A stretch of DNA of 64,000 bases, from the NCBI GenBank assembly GCA_963760365.1, contig CAVXDC010000007.1, positions 82,728 to 146,727 of the forward strand, read 5' to 3'. Within the stretch, counting starts at the first letter, position 1, and every line of letters begins with the position of its first letter. Made by a program: the position numbers and the translations under genes. Source of the DNA: an uncultured Phycisphaerae bacterium (GTDB lineage: Bacteria > Planctomycetota > Phycisphaerae > SM23-33). Under the pieces are notes generated by a model. The model saw only the letters and a program-made list of their open reading frames with translations. It made no database searches and was not told the DNA's origin. Positions 42,017 to 52,183 of this stretch are shown here, piece after piece.

Positions 42017-42040
42017 GCGTCGCCAGGAGCTTTCGAAATC

Positions 42041-42595
42041 ATGGCCAAGATGATCGTCATCAACGAGCAACGTTGCCTGGGATGCAAGACCTGCGTGTTG
42101 GAATGCGCCATGGCCCACACCGAGGCCAAAAGCCTGGCCGAGGCCGTCGGCAGCCCCTCGCCCCCCCAGTCGCGCGTCCACGTGGAACCCGCCGGTGCGT
42201 ATGGCATCCCCCTCCAGTGCCGCCACTGCCAGGACGCCCCGTGCATGACGGTCTGTCCGACCGAGGCGATCCGCCGCCCCGTCGAGAACGGTCCGGTGCT
42301 CATGGAGGCCGATCGCTGCATAGGCTGTCGGTTCTGCCTGCTGGTGTGCCCCTTCGGCGTCATTGACATGTCGCGGGACGGCAAGGCGATGGTGAAGTGC
42401 GACCTGTGCCTTCAGCGCACCCAGGAGGGCGAGGACCCGGCCTGCGTGGCCGGCTGCCCCACGGGGGCCCTGGAGTATTGCGATGTGAATGACTGGTTGC
42501 GTCGGCGACGCCAGGAGGCCGCCGCCAAGATCGCCGCCGGTGAGGACGCCGCCCGGTTGGCTTTGGAAAACATGGAGAAAAAACGTGAGCGTTGA
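42041..42595 (+). CDS. cooF: CooF-like 4Fe-4S ferredoxin-type electron-transfer protein
   Basis: Multiple CxxCxxCxxxCP motifs (CLGCKTCVLEC, CRHCQDAPC, CIGCRFCLLVCP, CDLC..CVAGCP). Confidence 0.8.
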   Translation: MAKMIVINEQRCLGCKTCVLECAMAHTEAKSLAEAVGSPSPPQSRVHVEPAGAYGIPLQCRHCQDAPCMTVCPTEAIRRPVENGPVLMEADRCIGCRFCLLVCPFGVIDMSRDGKAMVKCDLCLQRTQEGEDPACVAGCPTGALEYCDVNDWLRRRRQEAAAKIAAGEDAARLALENMEKKRER

Positions 42596-43067
42596 CCTGG
42601 AGCTTATCCCCCCGCTGTGTCGCGAGCACCGCGCCGCCGGCGGCAGCTTGGTGATGCTCCTCCAGGAGACGCAGAAGCGCTACGGCTACCTGCCGCGCGA
42701 GGCCCTGCGGGCGATCAGTCGCGAGATGAACATCCCGCTGGCCCGGCTGTACGGGCTGGCGACCTTTTACCGCTCGTTCAGCCTCACCCCCCGAGGCCGG
42801 CACGAGATCACCGTGTGCACCGGCACGGCCTGCCACGTCCGCGGGGCCGCGACGATCCTGGAGCACCTCCAGCGCCGATTACAGGTCCCACCCGGAGGCA
42901 CCACGGCGAACAATGAATTCACGCTGATTACGGTCAACTGCCTGGGGGCCTGCGCCCTGGGGCCCGTGGTGGTCCTGGACGGCAAGTATCACGGAAAGAT
43001 GACGGTGGCCAAGACGGATGAGGTGCTGACGGCCGCGACAGCCCCGTCGGTGGAGGCGGATCGGTGA
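42585..43067 (+). CDS. nuoE: NuoE/HydC-like [2Fe-2S] thioredoxin-like protein
   Basis: LQETQKRYGYLP..ATFY..VCTGTACHVRGA..VNCLGACALGPV. GTG 42585 follows GGAGAA and overlaps cooF by 11 nt. Confidence 0.8.
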   Translation: MSVDLELIPPLCREHRAAGGSLVMLLQETQKRYGYLPREALRAISREMNIPLARLYGLATFYRSFSLTPRGRHEITVCTGTACHVRGAATILEHLQRRLQVPPGGTTANNEFTLITVNCLGACALGPVVVLDGKYHGKMTVAKTDEVLTAATAPSVEADR

Positions 43068-44935
43068 TTGCCCCAGCCAAGGCCAAAATCGCGTCGGCCG
43101 CCGATCTGATCGCCTGGCGCGACCGCCTGACCTCCGCCGGCCGCCGCTACACCAAGACCGTGGCCGTGTGCGGCGGCACAGGCTGCCAGGCCTACGGCTG
43201 CCAGCAAGTGGTCGATGCCTTCGCCAACGAGCTGGCCCGCCGGGGGCTGGGCGACACGGTCCGCCTGCGCTCCACGGGGTGTCACGGGTTCTGCGAGCGC
43301 GGGCCGCTGGCCGTCCTTGGGCCTTCCGGAATCTTCTACCAGCAAATCCGCGTCGAGGACGTACCGCAGATCGTCGACAAGACACTGCTGGGCGGAGAGG
43401 TCATCGAGACACTTCTATACCGCGATCCCAATACCAAGGCCCGCGTGCAGCAGGAACACGAAGTCCCCTTCTACAAGCACCAAAGCCGCTTAGTCTTCGG
43501 TGCCAACGGCCTGATCGACCCGACCCGCATTGATGAGTACGTCGCGATCGGCGGGTACACCGCTCTGGCCAAAGTCCTGGCAAGCATCTCACCCGAGCAG
43601 GTCATCGAGCAAGTCGAGCGGAGCGGCCTTCGCGGCCGGGGCGGAGGGGGTTTCCCCACCGGCAGGAAATGGCGCATCTGCCGCTCCAAAACCGGAGATA
43701 AGAAATTCATCGTCTGCAACGCCGACGAGGGCGACCCCGGCGCCTACATGGACCGCTCCATCCTGGAAGGCAACCCCCACAGCGTGCTGGAAGGCATGCT
43801 GATCGGCGCCTACGCCATCGGCGCCCAGGAAGGCTACGTGTACGTCCGGGCCGAGTACCCCCTGGCCGTGCACAACGTGACCGTCGCCATCGAACAGACC
43901 GAGGCTTACGGCTTGCTAGGCGAGGGCATTTTAGGAAGCCCGTTGAACTTTCACGTGCACGTCAGCCGGGGGGCTGGGGCATTTGTCTGCGGGGAGGAGA
44001 CGGCCCTGATGGCCAGCATCGAAGGTCGATTAGGCACGCCTTCGCCCAAGCCCCCCTACCCCGCCGAGCGGGGCCTGTGGGGCAAGCCCACCGTGATCAA
44101 CAACGTCGAGACTTGGGCCAACGTGCCGCTGATCCTGAATCGCGGGGCCGATTGGTTCGCCGGCATCGGCACGGAAAAGAGCAAGGGCACGAAGGTCTTC
44201 TCGCTGGTGGGCAAGATCAACAACACCGGGCTGGTCGAGGTGCCGATGGGCATCCACCTCCGCGAGATCATCTTCGACATCGGCGGCGGCGTGCCCAAGG
44301 GGCGGAAGTTCAAGGCCGTCCAGACCGGCGGGCCCTCCGGCGGGGTGATCCCCGAATCGCTGCTAGACCTGCCCATCGACTTCGAGGCGCTGACCGAGGT
44401 CGGGGCGATGATGGGTTCGGGCGGCATGATCGTCATGGACGACCGCACCTGCATTGTGGACGTGGCCCGGTACTTCATGAACTTCCTGAGGGAGGAATCC
44501 TGCGGCAAGTGCACCCCCTGCCGCGAGGGCATCAAGAACATGCTGCACGTTTTGACGCGGATCTGCGGCGGCCAGGGCAGCGAGCAGGACCTCGCCCGTC
44601 TGGAGGCCCTGGCGGTGGGCGTTAAAACTGGCTCGCTGTGCGGTCTGGGGACGACGGCGCCCAATCCGGTCCTCAGCACGCTGAAATACTTCAAAGACGA
44701 ATACCTGGCGCACGTGGTGGACAAGCGATGTCCGGCCGGGGTGTGCACGGCCTTGATCCACCTGAGCATCGACCAGGAGACGTGCAAGGCCTGCGGGCGA
44801 TGCCTGAAGGTTTGTCCGACCGACGCGATCCGCGACGGGACGAACAAAGTCCCCGCCAAGATCGAGGCGGACAAGTGCATCCGCTGCCGGGCGTGTTTTG
44901 AAACCTGTCCGTTCGAGGCCGTCGTGATTAACTAG
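43064..44935 (+). CDS. nuoF: NuoF/HydB-like NAD(P)H-binding flavoprotein with an extra N-terminal 2Fe-2S domain and C-terminal 2x[4Fe-4S]
   Basis: N-terminal CGGTGCQAYGC..CHGFCERGP; GRGGGGFPTGRKW and NADEGDPGAYMDR (FMN/NADH site); ESCGKCTPCREG; C-terminal CKACGRCLKVCP and CIRCRACFETCP. Confidence 0.85.
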   Translation: MIAPAKAKIASAADLIAWRDRLTSAGRRYTKTVAVCGGTGCQAYGCQQVVDAFANELARRGLGDTVRLRSTGCHGFCERGPLAVLGPSGIFYQQIRVEDVPQIVDKTLLGGEVIETLLYRDPNTKARVQQEHEVPFYKHQSRLVFGANGLIDPTRIDEYVAIGGYTALAKVLASISPEQVIEQVERSGLRGRGGGGFPTGRKWRICRSKTGDKKFIVCNADEGDPGAYMDRSILEGNPHSVLEGMLIGAYAIGAQEGYVYVRAEYPLAVHNVTVAIEQTEAYGLLGEGILGSPLNFHVHVSRGAGAFVCGEETALMASIEGRLGTPSPKPPYPAERGLWGKPTVINNVETWANVPLILNRGADWFAGIGTEKSKGTKVFSLVGKINNTGLVEVPMGIHLREIIFDIGGGVPKGRKFKAVQTGGPSGGVIPESLLDLPIDFEALTEVGAMMGSGGMIVMDDRTCIVDVARYFMNFLREESCGKCTPCREGIKNMLHVLTRICGGQGSEQDLARLEALAVGVKTGSLCGLGTTAPNPVLSTLKYFKDEYLAHVVDKRCPAGVCTALIHLSIDQETCKACGRCLKVCPTDAIRDGTNKVPAKIEADKCIRCRACFETCPFEAVVIN

Positions 44936-44948
44936 GAAGCAATCCGAC

Positions 44949-45761
44949 ATGACTGATGAGACGTTCCAACTCACCGTGGACGGTCAGAAGGTTGAAGCTC
45001 GCTCGGGCAAGACGCTCCTTGCGGTCTGCCGCCGGATGGGCAAGGACATCCCCACCCTCTGCCACCACGAGTCGTTGGAGCCCTACGCGGCCTGCCGCGT
45101 GTGCCTGGTGGAGGTGAGCTCTGCCGGCAGGAGTAGCCTGGTGCCCTCCTGCCAATATCCAGCCTCGGAGGATTTAGAGGTTCAGACGGACTCCCCAGCC
45201 GTCCGGCAGGTGCGGCGGATCGTCCTGGAGCTGCTGTTGGCGCACTGCCCGGCCAGCGATGTGGTACGGGACCTGGCGGCCAAGTACGGGGTGACGGAAA
45301 CGCCCTATCCGACCGACGACCCCAACGAGACTTGCATCGTCTGCGGGCTGTGCGTCCGCGCCTGCGAGGAGGTCCTTCGCATCGCGGCCATCGGCTTCGC
45401 CGGAAGGGGCGTGGAACGCCGGGTGGGCTCCCCGTTCGACGAGGCCTCGGACGTCTGCATCGGATGCGGCGCCTGCGTGGCCGTCTGCCCCACCGGACAT
45501 GTCGCCACCATCGACGATGGGCCGCTGCGTCGGATGAAGACGTGGAAGACCAACGTGGACCTGGCCCGCTGCCAGACCTGCGGGCGGCCGTTCGCCCCGC
45601 TGCGGCAACTGGAGCACATCCGCCCCCTCCTGCCCCAGCACGTGCCGCTGGAGCAAGTCTGTCCCCTCTGCCGGCGGTCGCAGACGGCCCAGCGTGTAGC
45701 CAAGGGTGAAATCGAAGCCCTCTTAAACAGCACCTCAAGCGGAGCAGCTTTAAAGCGATAG
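44949..45761 (+). CDS. 2Fe-2S plus 4Fe-4S iron-sulfur protein (NuoG/HydA N-terminal-like, no catalytic domain)
   Basis: Plant-type 2Fe-2S N-terminus (TLCHHESLEPYAACRVCLVEV), then CIVCGLCVRACE and CIGCGACVAVCP. At 270 aa it is too short to carry a hydrogenase or FDH domain. Confidence 0.7.
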   Translation: MTDETFQLTVDGQKVEARSGKTLLAVCRRMGKDIPTLCHHESLEPYAACRVCLVEVSSAGRSSLVPSCQYPASEDLEVQTDSPAVRQVRRIVLELLLAHCPASDVVRDLAAKYGVTETPYPTDDPNETCIVCGLCVRACEEVLRIAAIGFAGRGVERRVGSPFDEASDVCIGCGACVAVCPTGHVATIDDGPLRRMKTWKTNVDLARCQTCGRPFAPLRQLEHIRPLLPQHVPLEQVCPLCRRSQTAQRVAKGEIEALLNSTSSGAALKR

Positions 45762-45776
45762 ATAGGAGTCTGTGTT

Positions 45777-47957
45777 ATGTCGAAGCAAGTCATAGCGTCG
45801 GTCATTCGGGGCTCTCACGCCTTCGTCCAGGAGGCTGAATCGGGCCTGGCCCAAGCCATCAAGGACAAAGGGGAGGATTTTAAAATTCAGTTCCCTGAGA
45901 CGGCCTTTTTCCTGCCGATGACCTATTCCCTGATGGGCCTGGAGGTCCGGTCGCTGGCCGACATGAAACCCCTGATGGCACACTGCCGCGAGCTGCTGCC
46001 GCAAGAGCCATCCGAGCGCCTGTGGCTGCCGTACCTGGGCGACGGCCTGGACGCCGGGATTGCGACCCTGCTGGCCCTGGAGGCCACGTGCGCCCTCCGT
46101 TACGCCAACAAGGAATCCATCGAGGAGGGTTGCACAGGCTTCATCTCCGACACGGTGCTCCGCGAGTTGGGCATCCAGTTAGTGGACGGCCGGATGCCAG
46201 GCTTTGCCGCCATCCTGGGCCCGGCCCCCAGCAACGCCGTCGCCGTGAACACGGTCCGCGAGCTTCAGAAGCGAAGCATCCTGACCTTCCTGCTGTGCGC
46301 CCGCGATGGTAAGAGCATGAAGGACCAGCTCATCGCCGAGGGCGTGGAGCTGGGCTGGGACACATACATCGTGCCCGTCGGGAGGGACACGCACTCGGCT
46401 ATCTACGTGCTGGACTGGGCCATTCGCGGGGCGCTGATGTTTGGCGGCCACAAGAAGGGCGAGTGGCGCAACTGCCTGAAATACTGCAAGGACCGCATCT
46501 TCGCCTTCGGCATCACGTTCGGGCCGATCCCCGACGACTGGTACGCCGTGGGCGCCGGGGCCATCGCGATGGGCTTCCCGGTCATCAGCGATCACGAATC
46601 CACCCCGGAAGTCCATCCCACGGGCGTCACGACCTACGAGGCCCTGGTCCGCCAGACCGATCCGGCGCAGTTGGTGCCCACGTGCGTGCAGGTGCGGGGC
46701 GTGAAGGTCAAGGTCGAGGAGGTCAACATCCCGGTGTCCTATTCCCCGGCCTTTGAGGGCGAGCGGATCCGTCGGGAAGACATGCACGCGCAGTTCGGCG
46801 GGAAGTACTCCCGCGCGGTGGAGCTGCTGGAATCCGCCCCCCTGGAGGAGATCACCGACGGCCAGATCACCGTTCGCGGCCAGGACCTGGACGCCGTCGC
46901 CGAGGGCGGGGCGGCCGACCTGGCCGTGCACGTCCGCGTGGCGGGACGGAAAATGAAAAAGGACTTCGAGGGCATCCTGGAACGCCAGATCCACCGCTAC
47001 TGCAACGGCGCGATGGGCTTCATGCACACCGGTCAGCGCGACCAGATTTGGTGCCGCGTCAGCAAGGCGGCGATCAAGGCGGGGTTCCGCCTCAAACACA
47101 TCGGCACGATCCTCCACGCCAAGCTGCACGATGAATACGGCGGCATCGTGGACAAGATCGCCGTCGCCCTCACGACCCACAGCGACAAGGTGGCCGCCTT
47201 GATCCAGCGCGCCAAGCCCATCTGCAATGCCCGCGACGAGCGGGTGGCGGACATGACGGATGAGTCCGTGGACACCTTCTACTCTTGCACGCTGTGCCAG
47301 TCCTTCGCCCCCAACCACGTGTGCATCATCACACCCGAGCGGCTGGGGTTGTGCGGGGCGTACAACTGGCTGGACGGCCAGGCGGCGTACGAGATCAACC
47401 CCACTGGTTGCAACCAGCCGGTGCCAAAGAGCCGATGCATCAACGAGCCGAACGGCGAGTGGGAGGGCGTCAACAAGTTCGTGCACGAACGCTCCAACGG
47501 CTCGGTGAACCAGTTCAGCGCCTACAGCCTGCTGCAATCCCCCATGACCTCCTGCGGGTGCTTCGAATGCATCATCGCGATCGTCCCCGAGGCCAACGGG
47601 GTGATGGTCGTCAACCGCGAGTACACCGGCGACACGCCGATCGGCATGCCGTTCTCGACGCTGGCCGGCAGCGTCGGCGGCGGGGCACAGACGCCGGGCT
47701 TTTTGGGCGTCGGCCGACTGTACCTGTCCAGCCGGAAGTTCATCCGGGCCGAGGGCGGACTGCCCCGGCTGGTCTGGATGCCCAAGGAACTCAAGGAATA
47801 CATGCGCGAGCGGCTGGAAAAACGCGCCGCCGAGATGAAATTGACGGCCTTTGTGGACAAGATTGCCGATGAGACCGTCGCGACGACTTCAGACCAGCTC
47901 CTGGAGCACCTCCAACGCGTGGGACACCCGGCCTTGAGCATGAGCTCGCTGATGTAG
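45777..47957 (+). CDS. acsB: CO-methylating acetyl-CoA synthase (AcsB)
   Basis: Intact 726-aa ORF with AcsB-like sequence throughout, including the A-cluster Cys-Gly-Cys segment (SPMTSCGCFECI). Confidence 0.9.
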   Translation: MSKQVIASVIRGSHAFVQEAESGLAQAIKDKGEDFKIQFPETAFFLPMTYSLMGLEVRSLADMKPLMAHCRELLPQEPSERLWLPYLGDGLDAGIATLLALEATCALRYANKESIEEGCTGFISDTVLRELGIQLVDGRMPGFAAILGPAPSNAVAVNTVRELQKRSILTFLLCARDGKSMKDQLIAEGVELGWDTYIVPVGRDTHSAIYVLDWAIRGALMFGGHKKGEWRNCLKYCKDRIFAFGITFGPIPDDWYAVGAGAIAMGFPVISDHESTPEVHPTGVTTYEALVRQTDPAQLVPTCVQVRGVKVKVEEVNIPVSYSPAFEGERIRREDMHAQFGGKYSRAVELLESAPLEEITDGQITVRGQDLDAVAEGGAADLAVHVRVAGRKMKKDFEGILERQIHRYCNGAMGFMHTGQRDQIWCRVSKAAIKAGFRLKHIGTILHAKLHDEYGGIVDKIAVALTTHSDKVAALIQRAKPICNARDERVADMTDESVDTFYSCTLCQSFAPNHVCIITPERLGLCGAYNWLDGQAAYEINPTGCNQPVPKSRCINEPNGEWEGVNKFVHERSNGSVNQFSAYSLLQSPMTSCGCFECIIAIVPEANGVMVVNREYTGDTPIGMPFSTLAGSVGGGAQTPGFLGVGRLYLSSRKFIRAEGGLPRLVWMPKELKEYMRERLEKRAAEMKLTAFVDKIADETVATTSDQLLEHLQRVGHPALSMSSLM

Positions 47958-47977
47958 TAGGAACAAGGAGTGCAGAC

Positions 47978-49320
47978 ATGGCCCTGACGGGATTGGACAT
48001 CTACAAGCGCCTCCCGAAAGAGAACTGCCGCGAGTGCGGCGTGCCGACGTGCCTGGCGTTTGCGATGAAGGTCGCCTCCGGCCAGGCGGGACTGGACGCC
48101 TGCCCGCGTTTGTCGGCCGAGGCCCGCGCCGAGCTGAGCGAGGCCTCCGCCCCGCCGCAGCGGCTGGTGAAAATCGGACCGGACCCCAATCCCCTCCAGG
48201 TGGGTCAGGAGACGGTCCTGTTCCGCCACGACGACAAGTTTTACAACCCCCCCGCCGTGGCGTTGAGACTCTGCGATACCCACCCGCCCGACGTGTTGCG
48301 GCAGGCGTGCGCGGTGTTCAAGCAACTCCAGTTCCCCCGCGTCGGTGAGATTCTCCACCCGGACATGATCGCGCTGGTCAACGAGTCCGGCTCCCTCGAC
48401 AAGTTCCAAGCAGCCGCGGAGATCCTCCACAAAGAGCTGGGCGTGCCTATGGTGTTGATGAGCCAACAGCTCGATAGCCTTACGGCCGTAGCGACAAGCG
48501 TGCTGGCCGGCGCCAGGCCCGTGCTCTACGCCACCGGCCAGGCATCGGTGGAAGACTTGGCGGGCTTGGCTGAAAAGACCGGCGCGCCCTGTGCGTGGCG
48601 GGCCCGTTGGAGGCCATCGCGGAGCGTGTCGAGGCGTTGGGCGCCAAGGGCGTCAAGAACGTCCTGATCTCTCCGGGCGACGCAAGGCCGTCACAGGCGT
48701 TGGCCTTTTTGACCCAGACCCGCCGGGCCGCGCTGAACAAGAAGTTCCGTCCCTTGGGGTGTCCGGTGCTGGCCATTGCCTGCGGGGATGATAAAGACGC
48801 CGCTGCCCTGGACGCCTGCGCGTACGTCTGTAAGTACGCCGCCGTCGTCATCTCCGACGCCTGGCAGCCGTACCAGCTCCTGCCGATCCTGACCACGCGA
48901 CAGAACATCTACACCGATCCCCAAAAGCCGGTGCAGGTCGAAGCCAAACTCTACGAGATCGGCGACATCGCCGACACCAGCCCCCTGCTGGTGACTACGA
49001 ACTTCTCGCTGAGCTACTACGCGGTGGAGTCGGAGGTGGAAGCCTCGCGCATCCCCTGCCGCATCCTGGCGGTGGACACCGAAGGCACCAGCGTGCTGAC
49101 GAGCTGGGCGGCGGACAAGTTCAACCCCAAGACGATCACCGCTGCCTTGAAGGCCAGCGGCGTCAAGGAGAAGATGAACCGCCGTCGCCTTATCATTCCC
49201 GGCCTGGTGGCCGTCATGTCCGCCTCGCTGGCGGATGAATCGGGCTGGGAGGTCCTGGTCGGTCCCAAAGAGGCTTCGGGGATCGGACCGTTCCTCAAGA
49301 CCGAGTGGAAAAGCACCTGA
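47978..49320 (+). pseudogene. acsC: Corrinoid iron-sulfur protein large subunit (AcsC); one frame break as assembled
   Basis: N-terminal Fe-S motif LPKENCRECGVPTCLAFAMKV, followed by TIM-barrel and corrinoid-binding parts. The junction is near 48588, where gcgccctgtgcg appears to need one more C. Confidence 0.85.
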
Positions 49321-49431
49321 CGGGGCGGCGGGTTTGATTGTCGCAGCAAAGTCAACACGCCGCTAGACCGCTGACCGGCAGTCACCGACGCTCCAAAGCT
49401 TCAGCGACGGAGCGACGACAACTCGAGCACG

Positions 49432-51372
49432 ATGGCCAAAACTTACACAGTGGAGTTCAGGCCCGACGGGGTGACGGTGGAGGTCCCCGCCGGGTACGAC
49501 GATCCTGGCCGCCGCGGCCAAGGCGGGCGTGTTCATCAACTCCTTGTGCGGCGGCGAGGGCGTCTGCGGGCGCTGCCGCGTGATCGTCCGCGCAGGGGAC
49601 GGTCTCCGGCGGCTCCATCGAGTTCTTCACCCGCCAGGAGATTCAGCAGGGCTACATCCTGGCCTGCCAGGGACGCGTCGAGTCGGACCTGGTGGTGGAG
49701 ATCCCCCCCGAGACCCGCCTGGCCGGCGCGCCGGAACACGTGCCGGGCGAAGTGCCCTTCCTGGCCGACCTGGCAAGTTGGCCGGCCGGGGCGTGCCGCT
49801 GTCCCCGCTGGTCCGCAAGACGCTACCTTGACTTGACGCCCCCCAGCCTGGAGGACAACGTCTCCGACCTGCAGCGGCTGGAGCAGGTGCTGGGTAAGGC
49901 CATTGGCTGCAAGGACTTCCAGATGGGGCTGAAGGTCACCCGCCTGCTGCCCGCACCTGCTGCGCAAGGCCGACTGGAAGGTGACCGCCGTGACCGGCTA
50001 TCGCGGGCCGCTGACGGAGATCATCGACGTGGAGGCCGGCGACACCAGCACGGCGGAACTTCTGCATCGCCGCCGACATCGGCACCACCACCGTGGTCTG
50101 CCACCTGGTGGACCTGCGCGACGGGCAGACGCTGGGCCGGGCGGCCAAGTACAACTCCCAGGCCGCCTACGGCGCCGACGTGATCCGCCGGATCATCCAC
50201 GCCTCCCAAAGCCCCGACAACGAACGGGCCCTGCGGGAGGCGATCGTCGGCGACCTCAACGAGCTGATCCGGGAGCTGACGACCCGCTACCGGCTGGGAC
50301 CGGCGGACATCTCGCTGATCTCCGCGGCCGGCAACACCACGATGATGCACCTGATGCTGGGGCTGCCGGCGGAGAACATCCGCAAGGAGCCCTACGTCGG
50401 GCGCGGCCTACCACCTGCCGCCCTTCCGCGCGGCGGAGGTCGGGCTGCAGATCAACCCGCGCGGGCTGCTGTACTGCCTGCCGTGCGTGGCCGGGTTCGT
50501 GGGGGCGGACCTGGTGGCCGGCATCTACGCCACGGGCCTGGCGCACAGCGACGAGGTGCGCATGCTGATCGACATCGGCACCAACGGGGAGATCGTCATC
50601 GGCAACCAGGACTTCCTGGTCTGCGCCAGCGCCTCGGCCGGGCCGGCCTTCGAGGGGGCCGAATGCCGCAGCGGCATGCGGGCCACCCGCGGGGCGATCG
50701 ACCACATCCGCCTGGCCGACGCCGAGCACGTGCTGAACTACTCCACGGTCGGCTCGGCGCCGCCGGCGGGCATCTGCGGCACCGGCTACGTGGACCTGGT
50801 GGCGGAGATGCTGCGGGTGGGCCTGATCGACAGGACCGGGCGGCTGAACCGCGATGCCGCGGCCGGAAGGATCCGCCTCGGCCGGCACGGCGAGCTGGAG
50901 TGGCTGGTCGTTCCGGCCGCGCAGACCGGCACCACAGGCGGACATCACCATCACCCAGGGCGACATCAACAACCTCCTGCGGGCCAAGGGGGCGATCTAC
51001 GCGGCCGCGACGGTCCTGCTGAACGCCCTGAACATGACCTTCGACGGACGTGGCGGAGATCATGGTGGCCGGGGCGTTCGGCAACTTCCTGAACCTCGGC
51101 AACGCCGTGTTCATCGGCCTGCTGCCGGACGTGTCCCCCGGACCGCCTGCGTTTCGTGGGCAACACCTCCATCGCCGGGGCGAAGCTGGCGGCCACTGTG
51201 CACCGAGTGCTACGAGGAGATGTTCGACATCGCCGCGCGAACGACGTACTTCGAGCTGAGCACCGATCCGACGTTCATGGACCAGTTCGTCTCGGCCTGC
51301 TTCTTCCCGCACACGAACATCGAGCTGTTCCCGCGCGTCATGGCCGAGATGGCGGCCGGGAGGCGAGCCTAG
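49432..51372 (+). pseudogene. Reductive activator of the corrinoid Fe-S protein (RACo / orf7-type, 2Fe-2S plus ASKHA ATPase); ~11 frame breaks as assembled
   Basis: The sequence reads MAKTYTVEFRPDG, then CGGEGVCGRCRV (2Fe-2S), ADIGTTTVV, IDIGTNGEIV, GICGTGYVDL, ITQGDINNLLRAKGAIYAA and ends FFPHTNIELFP. The pieces are spread over all three frames (ORFs 49432, 49529, 49692, 49981, 50093, 50487, 50854, 51050, 51156). Confidence 0.75.
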
Positions 51373-51374
51373 AG

Positions 51375-52172
51375 ATGGCCGAGTACGCATCCTGGCATTC
51401 AGCGGCAAAGGCGGCTCGGGCAAGACCACGCTGGCGGCGATGGTCCTGCGGCAGCTGGTCCGCGCGGGGATCAAGCCCATCCTGGCCGTGGACGCCGACC
51501 CCAACGCGACGCTGGGCCTGACGCTGGGCGTGCCCGTGGAGGACACGATCGCCGACCTCCGCGACCGGATGGGCCAGGCCGCCGCCAAGGTCAGCGAAAT
51601 CCCCAAGGAGCGGCTGATGGACCAGTGGCTGGCCGAGGTGCTCACCGAGGAGCAGCGGCTTTGACCTGCTGACGATGGGCCGGCCGGAAGGCCCCAAGTG
51701 CTACTGCTACGTCAACGGCCTGCTGCGGCGCTACCTCAAGGAGCTGCGCGGCGCCTATCCGGTCGTGGTGGTGGACTGCGAGGCGGGGATGGAGTATCTT
51801 TCGCGCCTGACGGTGGACGACGTGGACGTGCTGGTCCTGGTGGCCGAGGCCACGTCGGTCGGGCTGACCAGCGCCCGCCGCATCGCCCAACTGGCCGATC
51901 GCTCTGCCGGTCCGCGTCGGACGCCGCGTGCTGGTGCTGAACAAGGTCGGCCAGCCGGGCCTGGCCGGAGACTGCTTCCGAAGGCGAAGACCTGGACGTC
52001 CCGGGCGTCAGCGCGATCGTTCGCGTGCCGTTCGACGAGGACCTGTACCGCCGCTGCGCCCAGGGCCTGCCGCTGGACGATCAGGCCGGCCAGGCGGCGC
52101 GGCCGGCCATCGAGGCGCTGGCCCGGCTGTGCCTGCCGCAACCTGCACCCGGACGCGCCAACGCACCGGTAA
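51375..52172 (+). pseudogene. Second CooC/AcsF-type Ni-insertion ATPase; ~5 frame breaks as assembled
   Basis: ILAFSGKGGSGKTTLAAMV..ILAVDADPNATLG..GPKCYCYVNG (CxC)..VVVVDCEAGMEYLSR. The probable stop is TAA 52170-52172, just before the AAGGAG ribosome-binding site (RBS) of acsD. Confidence 0.7.
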
Positions 52173-52183
52173 AAGGAGCGCTC

